Assembly: GCA_041164065.1 (NCBI GenBank)
Contig: JBEAQE010000003.1
Location: 170,912 to 234,911, forward strand
Length of the DNA: 64,000 bases
Origin: Bacteroidota bacterium
Lineage (GTDB): Bacteria; Bacteroidota; Bacteroidia; Flavobacteriales; Schleiferiaceae
Direction: 5' to 3'
The translations under genes were made by a program, and so were the position numbers. Shown in pieces: positions 28,475-37,252 of this stretch. Position 1 is the first letter of the stretch; each line of letters begins with the position of its first letter. The notes below the pieces were generated by a model. The model had not been told where the DNA came from. It worked only from the letters and a program-made list of their open reading frames with translations, and did not search any database.

Positions 28475-30132
28475 ATATGGCGACGATTTTGGATTGGCTG
28501 ACTTACAGCGCGGATCAGCCCTTGCTGTTTACTCAACGGTATTTTTGGGTTTTCTTCACCCTGGTTATGGGGTGCTATTCATTTGTTTATCAGAATAATG
28601 CGCGCCGTAACCTCTACTTGTTTGCCGTTAGCTTGTTCTTCTACTACAAAACGAGCGGCTTCTACTTTATTATTTTACTTTTTTCCACTGTTGTGGATTA
28701 TTTCATAGGAGGCGCCATTTACCGTTCCGGCACGCCGTGGAAGCGAAAGGTGCTGCTCGTGACGAGCGTAGTAGTGAATCTCTTTGTATTAGGCTATTTC
28801 AAATACGCCTATTTCGTGGCTGATTTTATTCGCGATTTGACGGGCTATGAAGTGGTAGTAGTGAACCAATTCGCCCTATGGACGAACCAAATCGTCGGCA
28901 CCAACTTCATCTGGGAACGCATTCTCTTGCCTGTCGGGATCTCATTCTTCACGTTTCAAACTATTTCCTACAGCGTTGATATATACCGTGGCCACATTAA
29001 GCCGGTGAAGAATATAGGTGACTTTGGTTTTTACGTGAGTTTCTTTCCACAATTGGTTGCTGGCCCAATCGTCCGCGCATCAGAGTTCATACCTCAGTTG
29101 TACCGTCCGTATAAACTGACCAAAGAAGTTGCTGGTCTCGGTGTTTTTTGGATTTTGAACGGTTTATTGAAGAAATTGGTTCTTGCTGATTACCTCGCAG
29201 TTCAGTTCATCGATCGTGTATTTGATAACCCGAACCTTCATAGTGGTTTTGAGACAATGAGTGCCCTTTTCGGCTATAGTTTGCAGGTTTATGCCGATTT
29301 CTCTGGATATACCGACGTGGCAATAGGGATCGCTCTGCTCATGGGATTTGAATTACCGAAAAACTTTAAAAGCCCCTATAAGGCTAGTTCTGTGGCGGAG
29401 TTTTGGCGCCGTTGGCATTTGAGTTTGAGCACCTGGCTGCGCGATTACCTCTACATTCCACTGGGCGGTAACCGTGCGGGAAGTATAGGTTCTTATGTCA
29501 TAGTCTTTTTATTCTTCTTGTTCATCGCACTCATTGTAGGTTCATCTGTATTGACCTTGGCCTTGGCGGTCGTATTCGCTGGCGGTTGGCTGGCTATACG
29601 CAAGAGTCCTTCGGCGGCTCGATGGGTAAACACTAATATTAACCTGATGCTCACCATGGTATTAGGTGGCCTATGGCACGGCTCCTCATGGAATTTTGTG
29701 ACTTGGGGCACCCTGAATGGGGTTGGACTTGTGGTCTACAAAAATTGGAAGAAAATATCGCCTTGGAAGGACAAAACACGTTGGTATAATCGCGCTCTAG
29801 GTCTTGCGCTTACGTTAATCTTCATCACATTTACCAGAGCATGGTTCCGCAGTCCTACATGGGATGGAGCGATTGGGATGCTCACCAAAGTGGTCTCGGA
29901 TTTTCAATTCGAAAATATTAATGCTGTGGTGTTGGCTAACTGGAAGTATTTTACCGTGTTGATCTTTGGCTATTTGATTCATTGGGTCCCTGCGCGCCAC
30001 AAGGCCGGCTTGCGTTCTTGGGTAAGTGCATTACCAGTTTGGGGATTGTATGTGCTAGCACTAGTGACTACGGTGGTGATTTACCAAATCCTAAGTGCTG
30101 AGGTTCAACCTTTCATCTACTTTGCATTCTAG
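28468..30132 (+). CDS. MBOAT family O-acyltransferase (AlgI/DltB/PatA-like)
   Basis: 554 aa polytopic protein. MBOAT motifs include FWRRWHLSLSTWLRDYLYIPLGGNR and the conserved His in GGLWHGSSWNFVTWG. It overlaps the upstream stop (an alternative ATG is at 28477). Confidence 0.9.
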   Translation: MVDMATILDWLTYSADQPLLFTQRYFWVFFTLVMGCYSFVYQNNARRNLYLFAVSLFFYYKTSGFYFIILLFSTVVDYFIGGAIYRSGTPWKRKVLLVTSVVVNLFVLGYFKYAYFVADFIRDLTGYEVVVVNQFALWTNQIVGTNFIWERILLPVGISFFTFQTISYSVDIYRGHIKPVKNIGDFGFYVSFFPQLVAGPIVRASEFIPQLYRPYKLTKEVAGLGVFWILNGLLKKLVLADYLAVQFIDRVFDNPNLHSGFETMSALFGYSLQVYADFSGYTDVAIGIALLMGFELPKNFKSPYKASSVAEFWRRWHLSLSTWLRDYLYIPLGGNRAGSIGSYVIVFLFFLFIALIVGSSVLTLALAVVFAGGWLAIRKSPSAARWVNTNINLMLTMVLGGLWHGSSWNFVTWGTLNGVGLVVYKNWKKISPWKDKTRWYNRALGLALTLIFITFTRAWFRSPTWDGAIGMLTKVVSDFQFENINAVVLANWKYFTVLIFGYLIHWVPARHKAGLRSWVSALPVWGLYVLALVTTVVIYQILSAEVQPFIYFAF

Positions 30133-30167
30133 CGTCGAGCTCTGTATCTTACTGCAAAAGAAAGCTC

Positions 30168-31262
30168 ATGTCGAACCGCATTAAACTAGCAGGATTTTTC
30201 TCGTCTATTCTCCTTGCCATAGTGCTCTATTATGGTCTTGCACCCAAGCCTGATGTCCCTGTGGGCCCCGTTATGCTTCCATTAGTTGAAGGGCAAAAAA
30301 CGTTGAGTTTTCGCGGTCTACATGCTACCGATGATACCGTCGTTGTGGTCGGGGGTAACAATGGAACATTTGGTTTTAGTCTCGACGCCGGAATTCATTG
30401 GGTTTTTATGCAGATCCCCGGGGCTTCTGAGAGCCAATTCCGCAGTGTATGGGCCATTGATCACCAGAATTTCCTTGCCGTAAGTGCAGGCGCCCCAACA
30501 TACATCTACAAGACGACTAACAGGGGGCATCACTGGGACCTTGTATTTGAGGACACTGCACAATCAACTTTTTTAGATGGTATGGTCTTCGTTAACGAGC
30601 AACTCGGATTTGTCTATGGTGATCCAGTAGATGGTGCTCTAAAGCTACTGAGAACGGATGATGGCGGTTTCAACTGGTCAGAAGTGGAAGGTCCAACCTC
30701 CATTGATGGGGAAGCAAGTTTTGCAGCCAGCAACTCCGGCATGCAGTGGTACAACGGTCTCTTAACGATCAATACCGGAGGGGCGGTTTCCCGAATTCAT
30801 TGGTCTGCGGATACGGGTAAAACATGGTCTTCTCATTACCTTGAACTTATTCAAGGATTGCCTAGTCAAGGTGCCTTCGCCCATGTGCATCATGGAGATT
30901 CCGTTTTTGTCGTTGGGGGTGATTATATGAATGACACTTCTAGGGTAGAGACCGCTGCTCTCCTGCGGAAGGACAGCACGGGAATGGAAGAGTGGGAACT
31001 GCCTCAATGGAGTTATGGTCTGGCATATTGTTCCGATGTTGATGTGGATCAAGGTCGCTTTTTCTTCTGCGGAACAGCAGGGGTTTATTTTGCAGATTCC
31101 GCCTTACACTCCTTAGATACCACAGCCATGCACAGTCTTGCACACAGCGGTAAATATCTCTTTGCTGCCGGCCCACATGGGCGTATTGGACGTGTGTTTA
31201 CAGGGATGCAAAGCGATCTAAACCGTGTCATTAAAGAATTGGAACAAGCTCAAAAGCGTTAA
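30168..31262 (+). CDS. BNR/Asp-box repeat beta-propeller protein (Ycf48-like)
   Basis: 364 aa with an N-terminal TM or signal segment. Asp-box-like repeats are SLDAGIHW, TTNRGHHW, RTDDGGFNW and SADTGKTW. Confidence 0.65.
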   Translation: MSNRIKLAGFFSSILLAIVLYYGLAPKPDVPVGPVMLPLVEGQKTLSFRGLHATDDTVVVVGGNNGTFGFSLDAGIHWVFMQIPGASESQFRSVWAIDHQNFLAVSAGAPTYIYKTTNRGHHWDLVFEDTAQSTFLDGMVFVNEQLGFVYGDPVDGALKLLRTDDGGFNWSEVEGPTSIDGEASFAASNSGMQWYNGLLTINTGGAVSRIHWSADTGKTWSSHYLELIQGLPSQGAFAHVHHGDSVFVVGGDYMNDTSRVETAALLRKDSTGMEEWELPQWSYGLAYCSDVDVDQGRFFFCGTAGVYFADSALHSLDTTAMHSLAHSGKYLFAAGPHGRIGRVFTGMQSDLNRVIKELEQAQKR

Positions 31263-31265
31263 TCA

Positions 31266-32156
31266 ATGAATTACGAGCTCGCACAACCGATAAAGTTTAA
31301 GAAAATGGCCACGGCTATGGGTTTCTCACCCATGGCCAAGGCAAATTTGGCTGAAGTTCACCGTATTGCTAACGCGATAGGAGCGGAACTTTACGTGCTT
31401 CATATTGGGGTATGGAACGAGCAATGTCAGAAAACCTACGACGGATTTTTATCGGATCTAGGCATAGCGCCGGATCGGATTCATCGAATTTCTCGTGAGG
31501 GCGATCCGAAAAAAGAGCTGCTGAATCTTTGCACCGAAAATTCCATAGATCTACTGGCCTTAGGAGCCTTAGTTCGAGAGAGTATGTTCAAAGTGTTTAC
31601 GGCGAGTATTGCTCGTGATGTGTGTCGAAAGGCTAAAACAAGCTTGCTCTTGCTTACTCAAAGCCGCATAGAACACGTACGTTGTGAAAGAATCGTGGTT
31701 AACAGTTTGGACCATCCGAAAACGCCTACTTCAGTGAAGACGGCGCTTTGGTTGTCCTCAAAAATTAAAGCAAAGGAACTATTCATTGTAGATGAACTTT
31801 CGGAGCAATCTTTAGTCAAGCCGGATGATGACAAGAGTCAGCTCGCTGGGACTAGAAAGCGGAGGCAGATTGAGCGTAGCGAGCATGATCGTATAGAGCG
31901 ATTGTTGAATTCGTGCGAAGTACCATCGGAATTGGCGATCAAGGAACAACATGTCTTTGGAAAGCGCGGCTATACCATTGCACATTACGCGAAAGCACAG
32001 CGGGCAGATTTGTTAGTGGTCAATTCCCCCGATACCCGTCTGGGTATCTTCGACCGCATCTTTAAGCACGATTTGGAATACATATTATCCGACCTTCCAA
32101 CCGATGTGCTCATCGTTCACTCCACGAAAGATACGCTTGCCCATGGAGCTTCCTAA
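31266..32156 (+). CDS. tandem universal stress protein (UspA family) domains
   Basis: 296 aa made of two Usp-like halves (ELYVLHIG...IDLLALGA; ADLLVVNSPD...TDVLIVHS). The assignment rests on weak motif similarity only. Confidence 0.55.
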   Translation: MNYELAQPIKFKKMATAMGFSPMAKANLAEVHRIANAIGAELYVLHIGVWNEQCQKTYDGFLSDLGIAPDRIHRISREGDPKKELLNLCTENSIDLLALGALVRESMFKVFTASIARDVCRKAKTSLLLLTQSRIEHVRCERIVVNSLDHPKTPTSVKTALWLSSKIKAKELFIVDELSEQSLVKPDDDKSQLAGTRKRRQIERSEHDRIERLLNSCEVPSELAIKEQHVFGKRGYTIAHYAKAQRADLLVVNSPDTRLGIFDRIFKHDLEYILSDLPTDVLIVHSTKDTLAHGAS

Positions 32157-34413
32157 AAGTGGATTTAAAGGCTTTATTGCCAATTTTCCTGCCGACTTTA
32201 AGGCAGGATTCGTGGTTAGCCTTGTGGCGCTACCAATCTCCATCGCTTTGGCGCTGGCCTCTGGCGCTCCGGCGCTGGCCGGGATGATTTCTGCCTTTGT
32301 TGGAGGGTTGCTTGTAGCACACCTCGGGGGTTCATATGTGACAATAACAGGGCCCGGTAATGGCTTAGCGGTCATTACGTTGAGTGCCATTACTGCGCTC
32401 GGCGCCGGTGATATGATGGCTGGCTATTACCTAGCCCTTGGGGCAATCGTCATGAGTGGCGTACTGTTGTTTTTTTTGGGCTCCGTACGATTAGGCATCT
32501 TAGCTGACTTTTTTCCTACTTCAGCCGTTCAAGGAATGTTAGCGGCTATCGGTATTATCATTTTAGCCAAACAAAGTCATGTCATGATTGGGACTCTCCA
32601 TCCTGAGTCTATTGGTACTATACCGCTTTTATTAGAGTTTGCACGTAGTGCCGAGTCGTTGATGTGGGCCCCAATGAGCACTTTGAAGGTCGCCTCAGTC
32701 GGCCTTGGGAGCCTTGTATTGTTGTCGGTGTATTCTAAAATACCCATTCGTTGGCTCCACGCTATACCGGCGCCTCTGTGGGTCGTTGTTTTCTCAGTGG
32801 CTATTCAGGTAGGAGGGACTGCCTACACAGGTCAAAGCTTTTTCCCGGAGGAGTTTCTAGTCAGTATTCCTGAAAATTGGATGTCGGCGGTACGCATGCC
32901 TGATTTTTCGGCTATTGGTACCGGGACATTTTGGTCAGCCGCCATTTCGCTGACCTTCATTGCTTCCATTGAGAGTCTGTTGAGTATCAAAGGAATCGAT
33001 CGTTTGGATCCGTATAAACGAAGGAGTAACATCAACAAAGATCTACGAGCATTGGGTATAGCCACGGTGGTATCTGGAATGTTAGGTGGTCTCAATGTTG
33101 TGACGGTTATTGCACGCAGCTCGGTGAATGTGAACAATGGAGCGAAAACACGGAGTTCGAACTTTGTTCAAGGTATGCTGATGTTGGTGTTCGTACTTTT
33201 TTTAAGGGATTGGTTAACCCAGATTCCATTGCCAGCCTTAGCGGCGATCCTTGTCTACACAGGCTATAAATTGCTCAATCCTGGCCAATTCCGCGCTATT
33301 GCCTCAATCGGCCTCGAGCAATTGTTCCTCTTTTTTATCACGCTATTCAGCACTCTAGTCTACGGGCTTATTTGGGGGATTGTCATTGGAATGATCGCTA
33401 CGCTGATCGTTCAAACCCTTATTACAGGTGCTGGCTGGGAGATTTTCCGCTATTTCCACCGACCAAACACGTTGCTTTATGAGGAAGAAGATGGGAAATT
33501 CATTCTCAACGTTAATTATTTCGCAAACTTCTTGAATTATCCCCGACTAAAAAGCAAATTAGATAGTGTGCCTGCCAACAACATCCTTATCGCTGATTTC
33601 TCCGCTACGGCATTTGTGGATCATACTGTGATGGAGCATTTAAGTGGATATGTAGAGGCCTTTGAAAAGAAAGGGGGCACTCTGGAATTGGTAGGGTTAG
33701 AGGCTTTTGCTCCTTCTTCGACGCATCCTTTGGGGGTACAGAGTAAGGGAAACGCCACGAAGCTGAGGCTCAAAGCAGCAGGTCGGTCGCTTTCTCTCTT
33801 AGGGGCGGGAGAGAGCCCTGGTTTAAGCACGAAGCAGGCTAAGTTGAGCGAATTTTCAGTGTTGAATGCGTTGGAATTTCAGCCTTGGCCTTCAATGCAC
33901 TGGGACGTAAAATTGGAACAGTTCCAATATTTTAATTTCCGTCGTATTGACCTCATCAACAACGTGTTAATAGACGATCTAAAGCGATTGTACGCGATGG
34001 AGGTAAGCTCGCACAGTGGTGAGTTTATTATGAAGGACAGTCAACAATTGGCTTGTGTGGTACTTGAACCCAAGGATGTTGTGATGCCAATATTCGTATT
34101 AGATCGTGAGCGAATTTTTGAGCGTCTCAGTCAATTTGCTGGTGTTCGCGAGATCAAATTGGGTCACGCCAAATTTGATCAGCGATTCTTCTTAAAAGGA
34201 CCGGACACCGAAGCTATTCATCGGTTCTTTTCTGCCGCATGCATTGAATTTCTCTTGAAAAACCCAGCGTTTCATATTGAGTCAAACGGTCGGGCCTTAC
34301 TTATTTTCCATAAAGAGCGTGTCGCAAGCGTGGCAGAGTTCAAATTGATGGTTAATTTTGCCCGCGAATGGTCGCAACGCTTTTTGAATGCGACTAGTGT
34401 CCATGGTGAATAG
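32143..34413 (+). CDS. SulP family anion transporter with STAS domain and an additional unassigned C-terminal domain of about 220 aa
   Basis: Trimmed to the ATG at 32143 (MELPKSGFKGFIANFPADFKAGFVVSLVALPISIALALASGAP), which overlaps the usp 3' end by 14 nt. It has the SulP TM core and a STAS-like segment (ILIADFSATAFVDHTVMEHL...GGTLELVGL). About 220 further residues follow with no motif I recognise. Confidence 0.85.
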   Translation: MELPKSGFKGFIANFPADFKAGFVVSLVALPISIALALASGAPALAGMISAFVGGLLVAHLGGSYVTITGPGNGLAVITLSAITALGAGDMMAGYYLALGAIVMSGVLLFFLGSVRLGILADFFPTSAVQGMLAAIGIIILAKQSHVMIGTLHPESIGTIPLLLEFARSAESLMWAPMSTLKVASVGLGSLVLLSVYSKIPIRWLHAIPAPLWVVVFSVAIQVGGTAYTGQSFFPEEFLVSIPENWMSAVRMPDFSAIGTGTFWSAAISLTFIASIESLLSIKGIDRLDPYKRRSNINKDLRALGIATVVSGMLGGLNVVTVIARSSVNVNNGAKTRSSNFVQGMLMLVFVLFLRDWLTQIPLPALAAILVYTGYKLLNPGQFRAIASIGLEQLFLFFITLFSTLVYGLIWGIVIGMIATLIVQTLITGAGWEIFRYFHRPNTLLYEEEDGKFILNVNYFANFLNYPRLKSKLDSVPANNILIADFSATAFVDHTVMEHLSGYVEAFEKKGGTLELVGLEAFAPSSTHPLGVQSKGNATKLRLKAAGRSLSLLGAGESPGLSTKQAKLSEFSVLNALEFQPWPSMHWDVKLEQFQYFNFRRIDLINNVLIDDLKRLYAMEVSSHSGEFIMKDSQQLACVVLEPKDVVMPIFVLDRERIFERLSQFAGVREIKLGHAKFDQRFFLKGPDTEAIHRFFSAACIEFLLKNPAFHIESNGRALLIFHKERVASVAEFKLMVNFAREWSQRFLNATSVHGE

Positions 34414-34427
34414 TTAAAGGCCTTTTT

Positions 34428-35015
34428 ATGAGTATGTTAGGGTTAAAGCTTCCAACGGATCCTCGTTGGGCGAACATTGCGGAAAAGAACATAGAGGAGA
34501 TTTTAACCGATCACGCGTATTGCGAGCAGAAGGCGGCCTCAACGGCCATCAGTCTTATTGTGAAGTATCCGGAGAAAACGGAGCTAGTTGATAAGATGAC
34601 TGCGCTCGCTCGTGAAGAGATGGGACACTTTCAAATGGTACACAATCGTTTGATGCAACGCGGCCTCGTTTTAGGGCGCGAGCGCAAAGATGAGTACGTC
34701 AATGAGCTCAATACTTACTTCCCGAAGACGAGTGATCGCGAATTACGACTCATTCACAAATTGCTTGTTTGTGCTTTGATTGAAGCACGATCTTGTGAGC
34801 GTTTTCGAGTGTTGAGTGAAAATTTAGAAGATAAGGAATTGGCCGATTTTTATCATACACTTATGATTTCGGAGGCCAATCATTACACCATGTTTATCAA
34901 ATTCGCGCGTCAGTATCACGATCGTTCGGAGGTTGATCGGATGTGGGAAGGCCTTTTAGAATTCGAGGCAGAAGTAATGTCGAAACTCGGCAACTCGGAA
35001 CGAATTCACGGATAA
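34428..35015 (+). CDS. miaE: tRNA-(ms2io6A)-hydroxylase MiaE-like ferritin-fold di-iron protein
   Basis: 195 aa with two ExxH motifs (AREEMGHF, ISEANHY) and the typical start LKLPTDPRW...DHAYCEQKAA. Confidence 0.75.
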   Translation: MSMLGLKLPTDPRWANIAEKNIEEILTDHAYCEQKAASTAISLIVKYPEKTELVDKMTALAREEMGHFQMVHNRLMQRGLVLGRERKDEYVNELNTYFPKTSDRELRLIHKLLVCALIEARSCERFRVLSENLEDKELADFYHTLMISEANHYTMFIKFARQYHDRSEVDRMWEGLLEFEAEVMSKLGNSERIHG

Positions 35016-35039
35016 GAGAACCTATTATACAAGCTTGAT

Positions 35040-36137
35040 ATGAATGAAGAATTGAAAAGCACCGCTTTAGAAGCAGTACACATTGCCATGGGTGCTAAAA
35101 TGGTCCCATTTGCGGGTTACAACATGCCCGTGCAATATTCGGGACTAAAATTAGAACATGCTGCCGTGCGTGAACGGGCTGGGATGTTCGATGTGAGTCA
35201 CATGGGTGAATTTTTTGTAGAGGGTCCTGGTACATTGGATTTTCTCCAAAAAGTTACAACTAACGATGTGAGCAAGCTAATTCCTGGTAAGATTCAGTAC
35301 AGCTGCATGCCGAATGAAAAAGGCGGTATTGTTGATGATTTGTTGGTCTACTGTTTCGGAGCAGAGCATTTCTTGTTGGTCGTGAATGCGTCAAACATCG
35401 AAAAGGATTGGAATCACCTCATGCAGTATGTAGGAGAATTCGATTGCACCATGCGTAACGCAAGTGACGAGTACAGCCTTTTGGCGGTCCAAGGTCCAGA
35501 AGCTATTGCAGTTTTGCAGCAGTTGACACAGGTAAATTTGTCTGAAATTCGTTACTACAACTTTGCCGTGGGGTCTATTGCAGGTATTGAGGATGTCATC
35601 CTTTCTGCTACAGGCTACACTGGTGCCGGTGGTTTTGAGTTGTACGTGAACAACAATGATGCAGAGAAGCTATGGAATGCTGTTTTGGAAGCGGGGCAAA
35701 ATGTAGAACTACTTCCTTGCGGCCTTGGAGCGCGTGATACGCTCCGTTTAGAAATGGGGATGTGTCTTTACGGAAATGATATCGACGATACCACAAGTCC
35801 TATCGAAGCAGGATTGGGTTGGATTACCAAATTCACCAAGCCTTTCATCAGCAGTGAATTGTTCCAAGCCCAGAAGGAGCTTGGAGTAAAACAGAAACTA
35901 GTCGGTTTTGAGATGATTGATCGCGGTATTCCACGCCATGGCTACGAAATCGCTGATGCTGAAGGGAATATTATCGGTCGCGTAACTTCTGGAACTGCGA
36001 GTCCTTCGACAGGTAAAAATGTAGGTATGGGATATGTTCCAGTGGAATTAGCAAAAGAAGGTAGTGAGTTCTTCGTGGTGATTCGCAACAAACCAATTCT
36101 GGCAAAAACGGTGGCACTTCCGTTCTACAAAAAATAA
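35040..36137 (+). CDS. gcvT: glycine cleavage system aminomethyltransferase GcvT
   Basis: 365 aa with [30 protein letters not shown] and [13 protein letters not shown]. Confidence 0.93.
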   Translation: MNEELKSTALEAVHIAMGAKMVPFAGYNMPVQYSGLKLEHAAVRERAGMFDVSHMGEFFVEGPGTLDFLQKVTTNDVSKLIPGKIQYSCMPNEKGGIVDDLLVYCFGAEHFLLVVNASNIEKDWNHLMQYVGEFDCTMRNASDEYSLLAVQGPEAIAVLQQLTQVNLSEIRYYNFAVGSIAGIEDVILSATGYTGAGGFELYVNNNDAEKLWNAVLEAGQNVELLPCGLGARDTLRLEMGMCLYGNDIDDTTSPIEAGLGWITKFTKPFISSELFQAQKELGVKQKLVGFEMIDRGIPRHGYEIADAEGNIIGRVTSGTASPSTGKNVGMGYVPVELAKEGSEFFVVIRNKPILAKTVALPFYKK

Positions 36138-36159
36138 GATTGCATATTTCAATATAAAA

Positions 36160-36188
36160 AGCCATCCAAATAAGGGGTGGCTTTTTTT
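36160..36188 (+). terminator. intrinsic terminator after gcvT
   Basis: Stem AGCCATCC / GGGTGGCT (one G-U pair) with a 7-nt loop, followed by TTTTTTT. Confidence 0.75.
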
Positions 36189-36210
36189 ATGCCGGTACTT
36201 TTTGGACATA

Positions 36211-36242
36211 AAAAAAGCGACGCTGCTTTCCCCAGCGCCGCT
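36211..36242 (-). terminator. intrinsic terminator after the 78-aa minus-strand gene
   Basis: On the minus strand the stem AGCGGCGCTG / CAGCGTCGCT forms with one G-U pair (an A-C mismatch on the plus strand), followed by a U-run. Confidence 0.7.
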
Positions 36243-36278
36243 TTAACCCAAATACAAACAGAGTGAACGGAAAGAAGT

Positions 36279-36515
36279 TTATGCGTTTTCCAGTGACAAT
36301 GCTGCTTCTATGGCTTGTCCTGCTGGATGGTGGCTGTAGCGCTCGAGGTATTCCTCAACGCTGTAGCGGTATTCTTTGCAACGATTGTAATTCAAGCACT
36401 TCACTTCACGAACCTCATCTTTTGCAGCATCCAGGAACACTTCGATAACGGATTCTGGATTGTTAATGGTATAAAGTGGGGTTTCAATGTTATGCGTTGC
36501 GCTGTTTTCAGTCAT
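36279..36515 (-). CDS. orphan small protein (78 aa), unknown function
   Basis: I prefer this over the two overlapping plus-strand ORFs. It has its own strand-specific terminator (36211-36242) and a perfect -7 box (36571-36578). The sequence is MTENSATHNIETPLYTINNPESVIEVFLDAAKDEVREVKCLNYNRCKEYRYSVEEYLERY... Confidence 0.55.
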   Translation of the reverse strand: MTENSATHNIETPLYTINNPESVIEVFLDAAKDEVREVKCLNYNRCKEYRYSVEEYLERYSHHPAGQAIEAALSLENA

Positions 36516-36570
36516 TGACGAGTAATTTTGTGTTTGAAATAAATTATTAGGCTTATTTTTAAGCTGAAAA

Positions 36571-36578
36571 CAAAAATA
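36571..36578 (-). promoter_or_regulatory. -7 promoter box TATTTTTG for the 78-aa gene
   Basis: Perfect TAnnTTTG on the minus strand, 55 nt upstream of the ATG at 36515. Confidence 0.45.
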
Positions 36579-36652
36579 GGACGATTTTTTTGATTCCTAA
36601 ACAATGTTAATCGAAAAGTTTAAGAATAAGTCATAGCACCCAAGTTTTCTTG

Positions 36653-36666
36653 AATCGAGAACGATT
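36653..36666 (+). promoter_or_regulatory. inverted repeat AATCG-N4-CGATT abutting the lrp-like promoter (candidate operator)
   Basis: The half-site AATCG/CGATT occurs four times in the 180-bp divergent spacer (36582, 36609, 36653, 36662). The last pair forms the inverted repeat that ends at the first base of the -7 box. Confidence 0.3.
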
Positions 36667-36673
36667 ACTTTTG
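36666..36673 (+). promoter_or_regulatory. -7 promoter box TACTTTTG for the Lrp/AsnC gene
   Basis: Perfect TAnnTTTG 22 nt upstream of the ATG at 36696. Confidence 0.45.
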
Positions 36674-36695
36674 TCTATCATATAACACGTCTTCA

Positions 36696-37172
36696 ATGAG
36701 CATGAAAATTGATAAACTCGATAAGCAAATCCTTGAATACTTAGTAAAGGATGCACGTAAGCCTTTTACAGAGATTGCCAAGGATTTGTTGGTAAGCCCG
36801 GGAACGATCCATGTTCGCGTGAAGAAGATGGAGCAAATGGGCGTTATTCGTTCTACTTCAATTAGTGTTGATTACGAAAAACTTGGTTTTGGATTTATCG
36901 CGTACGTTGGATTGTACACGTCGCGCAGCAGCACGTCTCCGCAAATAATCGAATCCTTGAAAGAAATCCCTGAAGTTACTGTAGCTCACCTAGCTACGGG
37001 CAAGTATGGCATATTCTGTAAGATTCGTTGTCGTGATGCAGCTCATGCAAAAGATGTGATTTTTAAAATCAATGATGTCGAAGGGGTTGAGAACACTGAG
37101 AGTATGATCAGCTTGGAAGAAAGTATAAATTCCAATACTGGACTGCTGCGACTCATCATCGATGAAAATTAA
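36696..37172 (+). CDS. Lrp/AsnC family transcriptional regulator
   Basis: 158 aa. It has an N-terminal HTH (LDKQILEYLVKDARKPFTEIAKDLLVSPGTIHVRVKKMEQMGVI) and a C-terminal RAM/AsnC_trans_reg fold. Confidence 0.9.
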   Translation: MSMKIDKLDKQILEYLVKDARKPFTEIAKDLLVSPGTIHVRVKKMEQMGVIRSTSISVDYEKLGFGFIAYVGLYTSRSSTSPQIIESLKEIPEVTVAHLATGKYGIFCKIRCRDAAHAKDVIFKINDVEGVENTESMISLEESINSNTGLLRLIIDEN

Positions 37173-37190
37173 GGGAAAACAACGATAAAT

Positions 37191-37220
37191 AAAAAGGGCC
37201 GCACATCGTGCGGCCCTTTT
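37191..37220. terminator. bidirectional intrinsic terminator between the lrp-like gene and gap
   Basis: 9-bp GC-rich stem GGGCCGCAC / GTGCGGCCC, flanked by AAAAA and TTTT, between convergent genes. Confidence 0.75.
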
Positions 37221-37252
37221 CGTTATAGTAGCATTCGAATAGCAAATTGCGT

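Noticed and set aside
35016-35039. Possible glycine riboswitch upstream of gcvT
   Set aside because: The spacer is only 24 nt, too short for any riboswitch aptamer. gcvT appears to be co-transcribed with miaE.
36263-36518. Two plus-strand ORFs (61 and 67 aa) overlapping the 78-aa minus-strand gene
   Set aside because: The promoter box and the strand-specific terminator both support the minus-strand frame. The plus-strand translations are Cys/Leu-rich and look like shadow frames.
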